The translations under genes were made by a program, and so were the position numbers. DNA of 64,000 bases from Octopus vulgaris. Its lineage: Eukaryota. How positions within the stretch are numbered: the stretch's first letter is position 1; each line of letters opens with the position of its first letter. The notes below the pieces were generated by a model that saw only the letters and a list, made by a program, of their open reading frames with translations, ran no database searches and had not been told where the DNA came from. The DNA lies in the NCBI GenBank assembly GCA_951406725.2, contig OX597834.1, positions 10,478,001-10,542,000 of the forward strand. The letters are read 5' to 3'. Of the stretch, positions 25,121-39,987 are shown piece by piece.

Positions 25121-25159
25121 GTATATATATATATATATATATATAAATATATATATATA

Positions 25160-25390
25160 CTTTATTTAAAGCAGCAGAAAATTCAACAAAATCTGTTACT
25201 CTGAGTTTCTCGTTGCCGTTCATCAGACAGTTTTTGCTACCAAAAACTGTCTGATGAACGGCAACGAGAAACTCAGAGTAACAGATTTTGTTGAATTTTC
25301 TGCTGCTTTAAATAAAGCATATTACTCTACCACTGGTATTTGAGTACTCTTTTTTCCACCTTGTTTCACATTTATGTGTTTACTCCGGTG
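25160..25390. mobile_element. (TA)n-embedded perfect fold-back pLTR-like module, family H2
   Basis: Perfect 77-bp arms 25160-25236 / 25241-25317, loop ctac, extra tail 25318-25390. Confidence 0.9.
25241..25290 (+). ncRNA. Minimal type-I hammerhead ribozyme motif
   Basis: caaaaactgt CTGATGA a CG-gcaa-CG a GAA ACTC-a-GAGT A acagattttg; stem I 9/10 bp; identical copy on minus strand 25187-25236. Confidence 0.8.
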
Positions 25391-25970
25391 TAAATATATA
25401 TATATATATATATATTAGGCCGTGTATATTTATTTTGTATTTTGATCGACAAAAATTGACCGGGTAAGAATTTGGATAAGTGCAATGGAGTGATGAATGT
25501 ATCGACTGAAATGTGTATACGAATACTACTTCCTATTTCTTTGAGAAGGACATATAATTAATAAATACTCGAGCAGGAATATCAATTTACTCTAAGATTG
25601 AGGAAACTTATGCTTGTAGCCCAGAGCAAAATGTTGAAATTCACAGAGTATTTCTGGGAACTAATTATTCCGTATAATATCTTTTGTTACGTTACATGTG
25701 TTGAGGTAGACACACAACATACTATGAATTTGTAAGCCGTAGCAATGTCAAAATCAATTGCACGCACATCTCGCGTCCCGTACACCTATTTATTTACCAT
25801 AATTAGGACATTCCTGATTTTGATGAGCAATTATACTCGGTAATGAATTAATTTTGTCAGATGAGACACAGTATAAAGTTATTCACCGGATATTTTGTTA
25901 CGGTATCTGTGAATGGTTTGCATTGCTATGACTGGCTGATGAAAAAATACACAGTTGTCTATGGTTTGTG

Positions 25971-26300
25971 AAGGCGCATGGCTCAGTGTTTAGAGCGTCG
26001 AGCTTACGATCGTGAGGTTGTGAGCTTGAATCCCGGACTGGGCTGCGTGTTGTGTTCTTGAGCAAGACACCTTATTTCACGTTGCTCCAGTTCACGCAGT
26101 TGTAGAAATGAGTTGCGACGTAACAGGTGCCAAGCTGTATCGGCCCCTTTGCCTTTCCCTTGGATAACATCGGTGCCATGGAGAGGGGAAGCCGGTATGC
26201 ATGGGCGACTGCTGGTCTTCCATAAACAACCTTGCCCGGACTGGGAGGGTAATTTTCTAGGTTCAATCCCATGGTCTGTGTCTTGACCGTAGGGGATCCC
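25971..26300 (+). mobile_element. SINE family D (tRNA-headed), full length
   Basis: ggcgcatggctcagtgtttagagc..cttgaatccc head; tctatggttt repeated on both sides; its end plus flank is duplicated at 26403-26482. Confidence 0.8.
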
Positions 26301-27127
26301 AGAATCTATGGTTTACTGAAATACTTAAGTAGAATATGAAAATGTGATAGATAGATACATTTCTACAGATGTAGAATTAAAAATGGGTAATTTTCTATGT
26401 CTAATCCCATGGTCTGTGTCGTGACCGAAGGAGGTCTCAGAATATATGGTTTACTGAAATAGTTAAGTAGAATATGAAAATAGTTTACAAAGTCGAATTA
26501 ATGACGAAACATCATTCTCCGTTACTTCGTTGACTGCATAAGCAATATATTTATTTTCAATGCTGCTTTCGAAGCGTTCCTGGCACTATTCTGATGAAAC
26601 ACCATATATGCGCAAGTGTAAATTCATATATGTATGTGCTTTTATGTACGTTTGTTTGATTTTTCTCATCGCATATAAAAGGCATATTTTCAAAGAATCA
26701 AAAGTTTCTAAAAACGCATTTGAATATTAACAATACTAAGTGGTTCAATAAGTCGAACTTGTACAGGGACAAATTTATAGCAGATGTTAAGTAATACGAG
26801 GACTTTTTAAAAGAATAAATTATTAATGGATCGCATCTTTTAGAACTTAAATAAAAGCAGTCTACACGCCAATGCGTCATATAATGGTGAAGAACAGGAT
26901 CAATCACTCAATCAGTAGAAGAACCAAATTATCGCATCGGATTTCTAACTATTTCGAACGATACAATCTGAAGTTGAGTAAGAGACAAAAATAATTCGGA
27001 AATGCAAAGGCTGATGTGTCAATTATAAAAGTATATTGTTGGCTCTTTCTTAATGAATGCTTTTACAGCGCTGTATGAACCATTAAAAGCTATTTCGCGC
27101 ATCCATTGTAAAAGCAGCTTAAATTAA

Positions 27128-27165
<38 letters not shown>

Positions 27166-27429
27166 GTGTGGAGGGGGTATCATAAACAATATTTCCAATT
27201 TAGAAACATTAAATGTTTCGAAAAAAATTTGTGCAAATTTAATAATATGTTGATTAAATGTTCGTGCAATGTCAAAAGAAAACACACAATAATTATTCAG
27301 GATTTGTACAGGTTACGTTGAAGATATATAGCTAAATTCTATAGTGTAATACGTAGATAGCAACAGATACGTTTACACACACAGACATACATATATACAA
27401 AGACCTATATGTAAATAGATAAATATATA

Positions 27430-27691
27430 GGGAAGAATTCACAAAAAAACGTCCTTTCTATCCCTGTTTTTATTTTCTTCTCCCACCTTTCATATATATT
27501 TTTCCATGATAGATCGCTAGCCACTACACATTATGTATTTTCTCTCCTTGTTTCTTTCTGTGTTCCTTTCTGTGGAAGAGCGTAGGCTCGAAATGTTAAA
27601 GACTTTTTCACTTCCCGAGCGTTATGCCAATATATCTGTTTGTTGACTGCACCACCTGTCTTCGTCTTTTGTTTTCTTTTGTGAATTATCC

Positions 27692-27695
<4 letters not shown>
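27430..27695 (+). mobile_element. pLTR-like module family H1 with short inverted copy of its own 3' end
   Basis: Motif cttt CTGTGGA A GAGC-gtag-GCTC GAAAT GTT aaag at 27566-27601; gggaagaattcacaaaa at 27430 mirrors ttttgtgaattatcccc near 27680. Confidence 0.65.
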
Positions 27696-27738
<43 letters not shown>

Positions 27739-27741
<3 letters not shown>

Positions 27742-27967
27742 CATTATTGCCCACAAGGGGCTAAATATAGAGGAGACAAACAAGGACAGACAAGGGGCTT
27801 AAGTCGATTACATCGACCCCAGTGCGAAACTGGTACTTTATTTATCGACCTCGAAAGGGTGAAAGGCAAAGTCGACCTCGGCGGAATTTGAATTCAGAAC
27901 GTAACGACAGACGAAATACCGTTAAGCATTTCGCCCGGCGCGCTAACGTTTCTGCCAGCTCGCCGCC
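27739..27967 (-). mobile_element. SINE family B, full length
   Basis: Close match to other copies; further copies at 29213-29416 (-), 44950-45360 (-, decayed), 60185-60362 (+). Confidence 0.9.
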
Positions 27968-27968
27968 T

Positions 27969-28110
<142 letters not shown>

Positions 28111-28702
28111 TATTTTTACAGATGTAGAATTGAAAATGGAAGAAAGTTTTTTGTCGGTCTTTTGGATGCCTCTATGATACTTTTGATGTTACATTTAGTT
28201 AACTACACATGAAATAAATAGTAATTCAACACAACACTTAATTATATTCAATTACAGGAACTGTATATCTTAAGGATGAGAATAATTTATTTTAAAAAAT
28301 ACGCTTTCGTAGCTAGTTAAAATTATAATGGTCTATATACTTCTAAGACACTAGAAGTTGAAAAAAATAATAGTTAAGATTGTGTCAGTAGATTTAATGC
28401 ATGGAACATTAAACAGTAACTTTTTTAAACTGAAAATTATTCATCACCGATGAAGTCAAAATAAAATCTAAATACGTCCGGAGTTTTCTCTCGTATTTGC
28501 CGGAAAGAAAAATATAATACGTTTTGTAAAAAGAGATGCATGAAAATGCGACGCGTAGTTTGAAAGCAGGAAATGTGTTATCGTGTCTATAAGATACATA
28601 AGAATGAAGAATGTGGTATTTCGCTCTGACGTAATTTTCAAGTTTCTTTTGAATGGTTATTATAATTTTTTTTTTCAAATATCTTGTAAACTTACACTGC
28701 AC

Positions 28703-28733
<31 letters not shown>

Positions 28734-30295
28734 CTATTTATTCATTCATGAAGTCTAGTGTTTTCCGGAATTTTCTCTGTAATTCCATCTGGTTATGAAT
28801 AAATTTTGTCAGATGATGACACACAATTTCAAAACATTGAAAGGAGGTTTTGTTATGGTATCTGTGAATGATCTGTTTTACTAAGAATGGTAAAATGCTC
28901 AATTTTCTATAGTTTACTAAAAGAGATCAGAATTATGTTGGTTAGTGTTAAGTAGAATATGGAAATATACAGCAGCTGCTTTGGCTACATTTTCTTCTTG
29001 AAATCTTTTTGATGTGTAAAAAAATTATAATTTTATATGGCTATAATTTCCAAATTTTTCTTCAACAACACTGACATCACATTCCTTCAATCTTGATACT
29101 CATGTAAAATATCAGACTAGATTATATCGAAGATTAGAAATATATTGTAATCATTGTAAAGAATATTAAAAAATTAATTGTCATCTTTAAAGATCAGCAC
29201 ACAAATCGTTTCAAACTTTGTTACAAGGCCAGCAATTTTGGATGAAGGATTATGTCGATTACATCGACCCAAGTACTCAGTTGGTACTTATTTTATCATC
29301 CCAGAAAGGATAAAAAGTAAAGTCGACTTCGGTGGAATTTGAACTCAGAACGGTAAGACGGACGAAATGCCGCTAAGCATCTTATCCGACGTGTTAATAA
29401 CTCTGCCAGCTCGCCATCTAAAATGACAAGTAAAATATTAATATGTACAATAAATATAATGAGAATGAGGGGAAGTGTACAAATATTATAGACAAGTGTA
29501 AAAAGATTAGAAAGTTAAAATGACATTTTGAAATATGTTGGTCAAAGCTTTTGCGACAATGCAGAGCTTATATTCTCTACAGCAAGCATTGTCTTCCTAT
29601 TTTGCGAAGAACTGCTCTTGGAAGCGATTCCAGTGTTACGAGCATATTATAAGATAAATGCCATAAAACTTCAAGTATAAAACGAACATACACAGATTTT
29701 GTATCGTTTTCGCATTTGACTGAAACGATTAATGCCAAGAGACATATTTCTGATGCAGTTCCTGGTAAAGCATAATGCTTATGTCGATCTAACTGCAGTA
29801 GAGTTCTGCTAAGACGTGATACAAGCGTAGAATCTTTTATTCAAATACATTCAATAGCAATGGTGTCAATATCACCTTTTGTAGCTCACGAGATCGCATT
29901 GGCTTTTGTTAAATAGATAGTAAGACATTTAGTGACAACTCAGTAGGTATTTAAAGATCTTCAGGTGTTTTTTCAGTGATTACCTTTTGCAGTAGGTGGC
30001 AAAATAAAAGTAACACTGCTTCATTCATTGAAACATTCTATTAATAATTAAACATGAGATGTAATCAACTTCGAGTAGGATGACAACGATATAACGCATT
30101 ATAATTAATCATCAGCTTATTTGGCCTGGGGTTGGCGTCCAGATATTATGCAACAAACATTTTATGGCTTGAAGTAAATATCTCGAAAATTTGATAATTG
30201 CAATACGGGGTCAACATAGCTGAAGCAAATTAACACCAAATATATAGTGCGTGTGTTTTTATTGGCTAAACTTGCAACATGACCATTCTTAAATG

Positions 30296-30337
<42 letters not shown>

Positions 30338-30617
30338 CATCTTTCAAAATGTGACCGCAGTAAATGTATTTACTTGGCGATCTTTATATATATCTTGCAC
30401 TGGTGAGTCCTTCGTCGAGATCTTTGCCTACTCATGTTTCCGATAAAAGGCTCGAATACGTTGAAACCTAGGTCCTTCTTTCATCTTCTTTCCTGAGCTC
30501 CCTTTGCAATAATACTATACTTGTTCCAAGTCCTCGGCTTCTGTGTTACGTTGATGTTCGCCTGGGGCTTGCAACAGGACACCCCACCACTTTATATATA
30601 TTCAGTATATATAATAT

Positions 30618-30678
<61 letters not shown>

Positions 30679-30963
30679 TATGTATGTATTTATCATCTGT
30701 ATGAATTTGTTAGTGAGATTGTGTTTGTCAGTTGATGGTCTATTTGTGTCCTTTGGAGGCGTGTTACACAACTACACTTTATATTTACTCTTTTTTTCTT
30801 CATTTACTGTCAAGTGCTAAAAGTTTTGCCGTACATCTACTTCTAACATCCCATATCTTCCATCACTATAAAAGAAGCTCTCTTTGCTTGTACATGTGTT
30901 TATATCTGTATATGCAAACGTGCGCTCGCACACCCACACATGCATACACACAGACACACACAC

Positions 30964-31008
<45 letters not shown>

Positions 31009-31792
31009 TACATGCATGTTTGTATTTATATCCCTATGCACAAACTCATACATAGATGCACACACATTTGCGTATGTATCTATTTGTTTATGGCTATATG
31101 TTCGTGTGCGTACGATCGGAGCTGGTATTCAGATGTAATTTATGTTAGGAGCATATGTTTTATTCAGTCAGTTGCTAGTCCGAGAGGAACACGATTTAAA
31201 CATGAACCGATACTGATTAGTCAACCGTAGGACGTGACTATTTCTGGGGAAATCAAACACAAATTGTGTTCATCTTGTATAATTGTGTTGTTCTGTTTTT
31301 ATATTGCCTCATATAAATATATCGTTTTTTCCTGTTTGTTTTTTTTTACTGGGAATGGCCAATAATATTTCATGAATCTATTAAATATCCAATAATAATT
31401 CCTGTACTGTATAAAGAGGAAAAATAACACTGCGATGCATTCTCACAATGGATGTTAAAAAGAAATAAACAGAAATATGATTCAATTACGAGATTTATTT
31501 TGTTACTATCTATAATTATTAACACTCTTTTTATCAATGATCGAGATAGTGAATTGGTATAATCGATAACGCGTCGAACAAAATGATATGCTTTATTTTC
31601 TTCCATCCTAGTACATTCGGCGTTCAAATCCTGTTAGATATTGCCTTTGCCGTTTAAGATTTTGTGATCGGTAAGTTAAAATATTAAGTAATTCTAATAA
31701 TATAATCTGTTCGTAATTTCAAATTCTTTGAATAAACAGTAAATAAAATTCATTGTGCTAACTTTGGAAATGAATAATATTATTAATATAAT

Positions 31793-32041
31793 TACTCTTT
31801 TACTTGTTTCAGTCATTTGACTGTGGCCATGCTGGAGCACCGCCTTTAATCGAGCAAATCGACTCCAGGTCTTATTCTTTGTAAGCCTAGTACTTATTCT
31901 ATCGGTCTCTTTGGCCGATCCGCTAAGTTACGTGGACGTAAACACACCAGCAGGGGTTGTCAAGCGATGTTGGGAGGACAAACACAGACACTCAAACACA
32001 TATGCACACGCACACACACACATACACACACACACACACAT

Positions 32042-32084
<43 letters not shown>

Positions 32085-32213
32085 CATATACGTCTACCAA
32101 ATCCACTCACAAGGCTTTGGTCGGCCCGAGGCTATAGTAGAAGACACTTGCTCAAGGTGCCGAGCCAGAATCATGTGATTGGTAAGGAAGTTACTTACCA
32201 CACAGCCACAATG
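31793..32213 (-). mobile_element. SINE family A
   Basis: Tail, internal (CA)/(TA) tract and head present. Confidence 0.85.
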
Positions 32214-33119
32214 CGTCAGTATAGTTAGTGCTCCCGAACGGGCGGAATCTTCAGCAGGCCGGTTAAAAGACTTAGCACCATTTCCTCCGTCTTTAGATTC
32301 TGAGTACAAATTTAATCGAGATCTGCTTTGCCTTTCGGGATCAGCAATATAGGGTTAGGGTCGACCCCATTCTTCATCAGTCTCGACCACTTAAGATTCT
32401 CCCTATGCATATAACAGCCACACATCAATTAAATAGTAAAAAATAATATCATGCAAACCACATAACGTTCCTCGTTGAAAAATTTGGCTGGCACAAGAAA
32501 TTTCTTATACCTATATTTCAGCATTTAGAAGGTTCATAACATCTATTGGATCTCTTCGCTAAAATATTGGCTTCGAATATTGGTACTAGGTCAGAAATTT
32601 CTGTGGATGGGCTAAGGGGTGAAGCTAAGTCGATTATATCAATTCCTGTGGTCGAGACAGTTGAAGAATGGGCTCGATGTGATCGACGTAACCCTTTCCT
32701 CGAAATTGCGTATCTGAGGCCAAAATTTGAAACGACAATTTCAGCTATCGTTCTGTGACATTATTACCTTACATCCTTTTGAGGTCGATCAAATAAGCAC
32801 ACCTGAACACTGGAGTTGATGTAATCGAATTACATCCACCCACTTAAATTTCAGTCTTTGGAACCTAAAGTAGAAATATGTTATCTTCTTCGGGACATCC
32901 CGTTCTGAGTTGAAACACCGTGGTCAAATTCGCTTTCCTTATTTCAGGGGTCATATTCAGTGACACTCAGTAAATGGAGCTGGTTTAATTAAATACACCT
33001 GCTCCCACGCTTTATCGAACTTGACATGTTTTGTGCATTTATTAGCAAATATATTACTCTTGTTTGCTTCATCCACCGATTTGTGATTATTGTGTTACTT
33101 ATTGCAACCATCAAGAAGT

Positions 33120-33560
33120 TCAGCGTCATCACCACCACCCACGTCTTCCTCCACTTCCTCCTCTCCTCCTCCCCCTCCTCCTCCACCACCACCTACCCCT
33201 TCTCCTCCTCCTACTTATTATCATTATCGTCATCATCGTCATCCTCATCATCATCCTCAGGAACTTCAGAAGCATCGTCGCCATCACCAACTGACAGCAC
33301 CTTCATTATCTCTATCAAAGCCGCAAATTTCACAACTACCAGCCTCCACCACCACCACTACCACCACAAGAACACACCACCACTACCACCACAACGACAA
33401 CAACAACTACGCCGCCACTACCACCTCTACGAAACTACTGATTACTAGATTCATTCTTTTCAAAGCCATCATCTTTATGACTATTTTAGTCAATTATTAT
33501 GGTAATAATTAGAAATTATCATTATTATTATTATTATTATTATAATCATTATTCTTCTTC

Positions 33561-33637
<77 letters not shown>

Positions 33638-33905
33638 GTTTGTTTATTTATTTATTTTCTGATTATTGTAATACAACTCCTTACAATAATTTTGTTACCA
33701 TAATTTATATATATATGTGTGTGTGTGTGTATGTGTATGTGTGTGTGTGTGTTTGAATGTGTATGTGTGTCTATCTTTGTGTATGAATGTGTGTATATTT
33801 TTATCGTACAAATCCGTATTTACATATTTATTTTATTTTCATTATTTTTATCATTATTATTATTTATTATTCTTATTATTACTATCATTATTATTATCAT
33901 AATTA

Positions 33906-33943
<38 letters not shown>

Positions 33944-33970
33944 GTTGTTGTTGTTGTTGTTGTTGTTATG
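33120..33970. repeat. Compound trinucleotide low-complexity tract (CAC/TCC/TCA/TAT/TGT)
   Basis: Direct inspection. Confidence 0.95.
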
Positions 33971-34673
33971 TTCATTATGTTGGGAATACATCAAAAATAC
34001 TGATCTAAAAGAATAGAGATTTAAATATAGTTTGGCTCTACATAGCATAAATATGTCTTGAAGTGAAAATAATTTTCTTTCAAGCTTCCACTTGATACGT
34101 TTCTCTTATTCTCCTTTTTTTTTTTTTTTTACATTTAATACGTTTTCAGAATAATGTGTCATTTTTACCTTCGTTGCTTTATCTAACCAACGTATACATA
34201 CACAAGCCGTTTGGGTTGCTAGCGTGATAGGAATGGTTAACAGCAGATGTGTCTTTGTGTAGTTATTATCAACAGAATCGAAGCTAATTTAAATAAACTT
34301 TCATGTTTTATCCTGAAAAGCAAAGAAATACGAAATCATGATGTGGTAAATCCACGAAGAATACCGAAAAAAATGAAACTATTCATATCTTATTCAGTAT
34401 AATATTTCTTTCTTAGTGATGCAAATATAAAAATCAATAAGAAAAAAAGGAATCAATAATACTTTAAATGAAAACATATATGTATGTATGTATGCATGTA
34501 CGTATGCATGCATTTATGTATGTATGTATGTATGTATGTATATGTGTATATATATCTATGTGTGTGTGTATATATATAAATGTGTGTGTGTGTGCGTGTA
34601 TGTATAGTAACATAACATGTCGATTATTAATTTCTCCTCTTTACTCCTTTTTTTCCTTTTGTCTCTCTCATTC

Positions 34674-34712
<39 letters not shown>

Positions 34713-34725
34713 TTCTATATGTATA

Positions 34726-34762
<37 letters not shown>

Positions 34763-34889
34763 GTATATATACACACACATATATATATATATGCATATAC
34801 ATTTATATATATACACACCTACGAACATATTTATTTACAAATGAAAGTATCTATACATATATGTGTGTATATCTCTCTTCCTCTCTCTC

Positions 34890-35148
<259 letters not shown>

Positions 35149-36243
35149 TTTGTATTTATAAATATATGCAGGCTTATATTGTTGCCTTCCTTTGATTGTG
35201 CTTTTTGTTCGTTACGAAATATTTTGCACAAATGTAATTAATAGATTAAATCGCTGGAAATGTTTCCTCCTCAGAAATAAAGAGATGCAAAATCTTGTTA
35301 TTCGAATTTATAGTAATAAGAACTCGACTTAATTTAAATGTAAATAATTATAGAATTCATTTTTCTTTCTATTTTTCTCTCTCTCATAAAATGTAGGAAT
35401 ATATTTGGAATACAGCAAAATAATTATTGGAAAAACAATCACAATGGAACATTTAAACACACACGAAATAAAATACAAACACAGCTAAAAATTATTTTCA
35501 TTGTTTTTAAAATATTCCTGAAGAAAATTATGAAATATTTTCGAAGTTTCAGAAATTGAAAATAAATAGATACATAAATAAATAAATAAAAGTTTAAAAT
35601 ATAACGATCAGATTCAAACTTTAATTTTTTTTTCTCGTTTCCAGTTGCTTCGAACATGCATGGAGATACTGTTAGGTTTATAAGGCAATTAAATGAACCA
35701 TAGAAATAAATGTTCATTCAATAATGCTTATTGAAATGCATCTTACTGATTGAGTATAGTGACCGAACATGTCCACACGGAAGAAAATACAAAGTGAGAT
35801 ATGCGTTATAAAATCATATCTGGGCAGTTGTCAACATGTTAATGTAACAAAAATGCGTTAGATTTATAGAATGTGAGATTGTGAGGATTGAAAGAAAAAA
35901 GAACGTTTCTGTGTTGGATTGGAGTAGAAAGAGTACTGAATTAGAGAAAGGGAGAGATGGAGAGATAGAGAGAGAGAAAGGGAGAGAAGTCAGGAAGTGG
36001 GAGATAGAGAAATATTAGAAATATCACTAAAGACGGGAAAATCTCTAATATTTGTAATGAATGAAATGACAGATACGTTTCTGAAAAGTCAAATTTTGAA
36101 ATATGTTACTAAATGGAATGAGATGGTGTAAGCAATTAGAGGTATTGTAAGGTAGAAGAAAATCAATCAGCCACGTTATAAAATTATTGACATTTTTACA
36201 ATGTTAAAAGAGATAGCTTTACAAGTATACATATGTACTACAA

Positions 36244-36290
36244 ATCTATCTATCTATCTATCTATCTAACTATCCATCTTATCTATTTAT

Positions 36291-36380
<90 letters not shown>

Positions 36381-36390
36381 GTCTATCTAT

Positions 36391-36429
<39 letters not shown>

Positions 36430-36483
36430 ATTTATTTATTTTTCTATCTATCTATCCATCTATCTATCTACTTATTTATTTAT

Positions 36484-36544
<61 letters not shown>

Positions 36545-36590
36545 CATGTATCTATCTATTTATGTATCTATCCATCTATCTATCTATAGA
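36244..36590. repeat. (TATC)n / GATA microsatellite
   Basis: Direct inspection; also 37207-37290, 42478-42615, 53172-53380, 63784-63911. Confidence 0.97.
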
Positions 36591-37206
36591 ATGTTTATCT
36601 GTCTGTCTGTTTGTCTGTCAATCTGTCTATATATCCATCTATCTATCCTTCTATCTATTCCTCCCTCACACAATCCATCCATGCATCCATGAATCCAACC
36701 ATCCATACCTAACTCCCTCCCTCCCGCGCCCCATCCATCCACCCACGTATCTATCTATCTATCATTCTATCTATCTCTCTATCTATATATCCTTCTATCT
36801 ATCCCTCCCTCCCAAACTCCATCCATGCATCCATGAATCCATCTACCCATCCCTCCCTTCCGCGCCCCATCCATCCACACACCTATCTATCTATCTATTT
36901 ATCTTTTTTCCTTTTATTTTTATTCCCCCCTTTTTTCCTTCCTCTTTCTTTCCTTTTACGACCCCTTTTAATCGAAAACCAAACCCCCATTTTTTTATCC
37001 CCCAAAAGAAAAGCTCTACCTTGTAATTTGTCCCGTCTTTGTGCAGCCCTGTGTGGTTAATAGAGAAACATATATATTTATCATCTATCTATTCTATCTA
37101 TCCTTCTGTCTATCCCTCCCTCCCATAATCCATGCATGCATGCATGTATCCATCCACCCATCTCTCCTTCTTTCCTCCTGCCCTCCATCCATCCATCCAC
37201 CCACCC

Positions 37207-37289
<83 letters not shown>

Positions 37290-37291
<2 letters not shown>

Positions 37292-37566
37292 CACGATCCC
37301 TATTGATCGTTTTTTTTTCTCTTCCCCTTTTTTCCTATTTTTTCTTCTTTCTTTCATTTTTCTTTTCTTTTGTTCCTTTTCCCTTTTTTCCTTTTTTCTT
37401 TTCCTTTATTTTCTTTTTTTCTTTTTTTTTTGTTCTTTTTTCCCTTTTACGATCCCTTTTGATCGAAAACCTACGCCACTTTTTTTTTCTCCCCCAAAAG
37501 AAAAGCTCTACCTTGTAACTTGTCCCATCTGTGTGCAGCCCTGTGTGGCCAATAAAGAAACTTATC
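37290..37566 (+). mobile_element. Retroposon 3' end family T within (TATC)n
   Basis: Similar to 42214-42480; diverged copy at 36900-37070. Confidence 0.7.
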
Positions 37567-38105
37567 TATTTATCTATCTAACTAACACACATGTGTGTGT
37601 ATACATACATACATACATACATACATGCATCAATACATACATATATATACGTACATTGATGCATACGTACATACACAGTTAAATAAAACCAAATATCATT
37701 ACTCATGCAGCAACATGAACAACTCTCGATTTTATGTGAAGTGGAGAGACATGACAGATACGAATAGCTATTTTTTAGCTCAGCTAAAGATAACAATTCA
37801 ATCTCTCTAAGAACACAGCCGTCTCTCTAAGATAAAATATCCATACATTCAATAGTATATTTCCACAGTGGCTGGCAAGATAGTCGCTGTTTAGATATTT
37901 GTAGGATAAAAGCGCGAATGGTTTCGAAAAGAGACCTGCTACATGGAACTTAATTAGGTGCTAACCAACTGCAACGGAAGACTATACGGATTACTAATAT
38001 ATATGCAGTTTGTTGAAGATGATGGTATTGTTGATATTGTTGGTAGTGACGATGGTGATTGACGAAAAAGATGACGGTAAATATACTATATATATATATA
38101 TATAT

Positions 38106-38348
38106 AACTTATAAATAAGAGCAAACGAAAAAAATTTCGAATGCCAAATATGCCGAAACTTGAACATATTGTCGATAACCATATAATTTTTCATGGACAA
38201 TATGTCAAAGTTTCGGCATATTTGGCATTTGAAATTTTTTCGTTTGCCCTTATTTATAAGTTGCTCATAATTTTAACCGTTAAAGGTATTTTTAATATGC
38301 TGGCAATTGATAAATTTTATTTCTTTCGAAAAAAAAATTATCCTACAT

Positions 38349-38350
<2 letters not shown>
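38106..38350. repeat. (TA)n-embedded inverted repeat with one-sided tail
   Basis: Arms 38106-38173 / 38196-38262; no hammerhead core seen. Confidence 0.75.
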
Positions 38351-38412
<62 letters not shown>

Positions 38413-38672
38413 TTGGGTGGATGTGTTTGTGCCCCCACCATCGCTTGATAACCGAAGTTAGTGTGTTTATGTAACGTAGCGGTTCGGCAAAATACACCAA
38501 TAGAATAAGTACTATGGTCTATTTGTTCGACTAAATGGGGTGCCCCAGAGTGCCCACAGTAAAATACCTGAAACAAGTAAATAAATAAAAGGGTAAAAGA
38601 ACATCTAGATGTAGAGAGGATTTTTATTGCACCTTGGTTGTATGAAGCAATGATAATATTTTAGCGAAGAGA

Positions 38673-38893
38673 AGGCGACGAGCTGGCAGAATCGTTAGCA
38701 CACCGGCCAAAATGCTCATCAGCTTTTCATCCGCCCTCACATTCTGGGTTCAAATTCCACTGGGGTCGACTTTTCCTTTCATCCTTTCGATGTTGGTAAA
38801 ATAAGTACCTGATGAACACAGGGGTTGATATAATCGACTTAGCCTCACCCCTTAGCCACTCCACAGAAAATGTCTGACCATGTACTTGAAACC
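38673..38893 (+). mobile_element. SINE family B with 18-bp TSD
   Basis: aatattttagcgaagaga at 38655-38672 and 38894-38911. Confidence 0.88.
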
Positions 38894-39368
38894 AATATTT
38901 TAGCGAAGAGATCCAATAGATGTTATGAACTTTCTAAATTCTGAAATATAGGTATAAGAAATTTCTTATGCAAGCCATATTTTTCAACGAGGAGCGTTAA
39001 GTGGTTCGCTTGATATTTTTTTTACAATTTAATCGAAGTGTGGTTGTTACGTGCATTGAGAGAAACTTAAGTGGTCGAGACTGATGAAAAATATATATAT
39101 TTCTGAAAGCAATATAAAATAATTCAAAATATTTTCATAAAGATGAATAAATCTGAAAAAGAAGCAAGTGTGTTTGATCTTTATTTCTCTTCTGTTTTCT
39201 AACGCAGATATTTATCAAATATATGCTTTATATAATATAATTAATGTTCCTCGCCATTAAATGGCGTTTGTAAAGCGTAAATATAAGTTGTAATTTGAGA
39301 AAACATAACAGGAATTTGCATTTCTGATATTGATTTCGTAAAACAAAATTTGCATATAAGTATATGTA

Positions 39369-39371
<3 letters not shown>

Positions 39372-39401
<30 letters not shown>

Positions 39402-39582
39402 TGTATGTATGTATGTATGTATGTATGTATGTATGTATGTATGTATGTATGCATGTATGTATGTATGCATGCATGTATGTATGCATGCATGTATATATGC
39501 ATGTGTGTATGTATGCATGTATGTATGTATGTATGTATGTATGTATGTATGTATGTATGCATGTATGTATGTATGTATGTGT
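39372..39582. repeat. (TATG)n microsatellite
   Basis: Direct inspection. Confidence 0.97.
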
Positions 39583-39782
39583 GTATAATCTGTTAATTGT
39601 TCTAGTCATTAAACTGCGGTCATGCTGGAGTACCACCTTGAAAAGTTTTAGTCGAACGAATGGACTCCTACTCTTCTTTCGTTTAAGCTTGGTTCTTATT
39701 CTGTCGGTCACTATTGCTGAACCGCTATGTTACAGATACATAAACACACCAAAAACGTGTGTCAAGCGGTGGTTGGGGATCA

Positions 39783-39825
<43 letters not shown>

Positions 39826-39987
39826 AATACATTCATTTCTCTTCCTGTTTCTCTCTCGCACTCACTCATCCACTCATACGCACAGATAAAAAGACAGACA
39901 CACACACACAGTCTATCTGTTTGTTTGTCTGTGTGTGTGTGTGTCTGTCTGTCTGTCTCTCTCTGTATACACACATCATACATATAT

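Noticed and set aside
32360-32395. CTGATGA on the minus strand (also 39081 plus, 60011 minus) and CTGAAGA at 53125 as hammerheads
   Set aside because: No properly placed GAAA, stem III or stem I
33026-33512. Ser/Pro/His-rich ORFs resembling mucin or extensin
   Set aside because: Open in all three frames because of trinucleotide repeats
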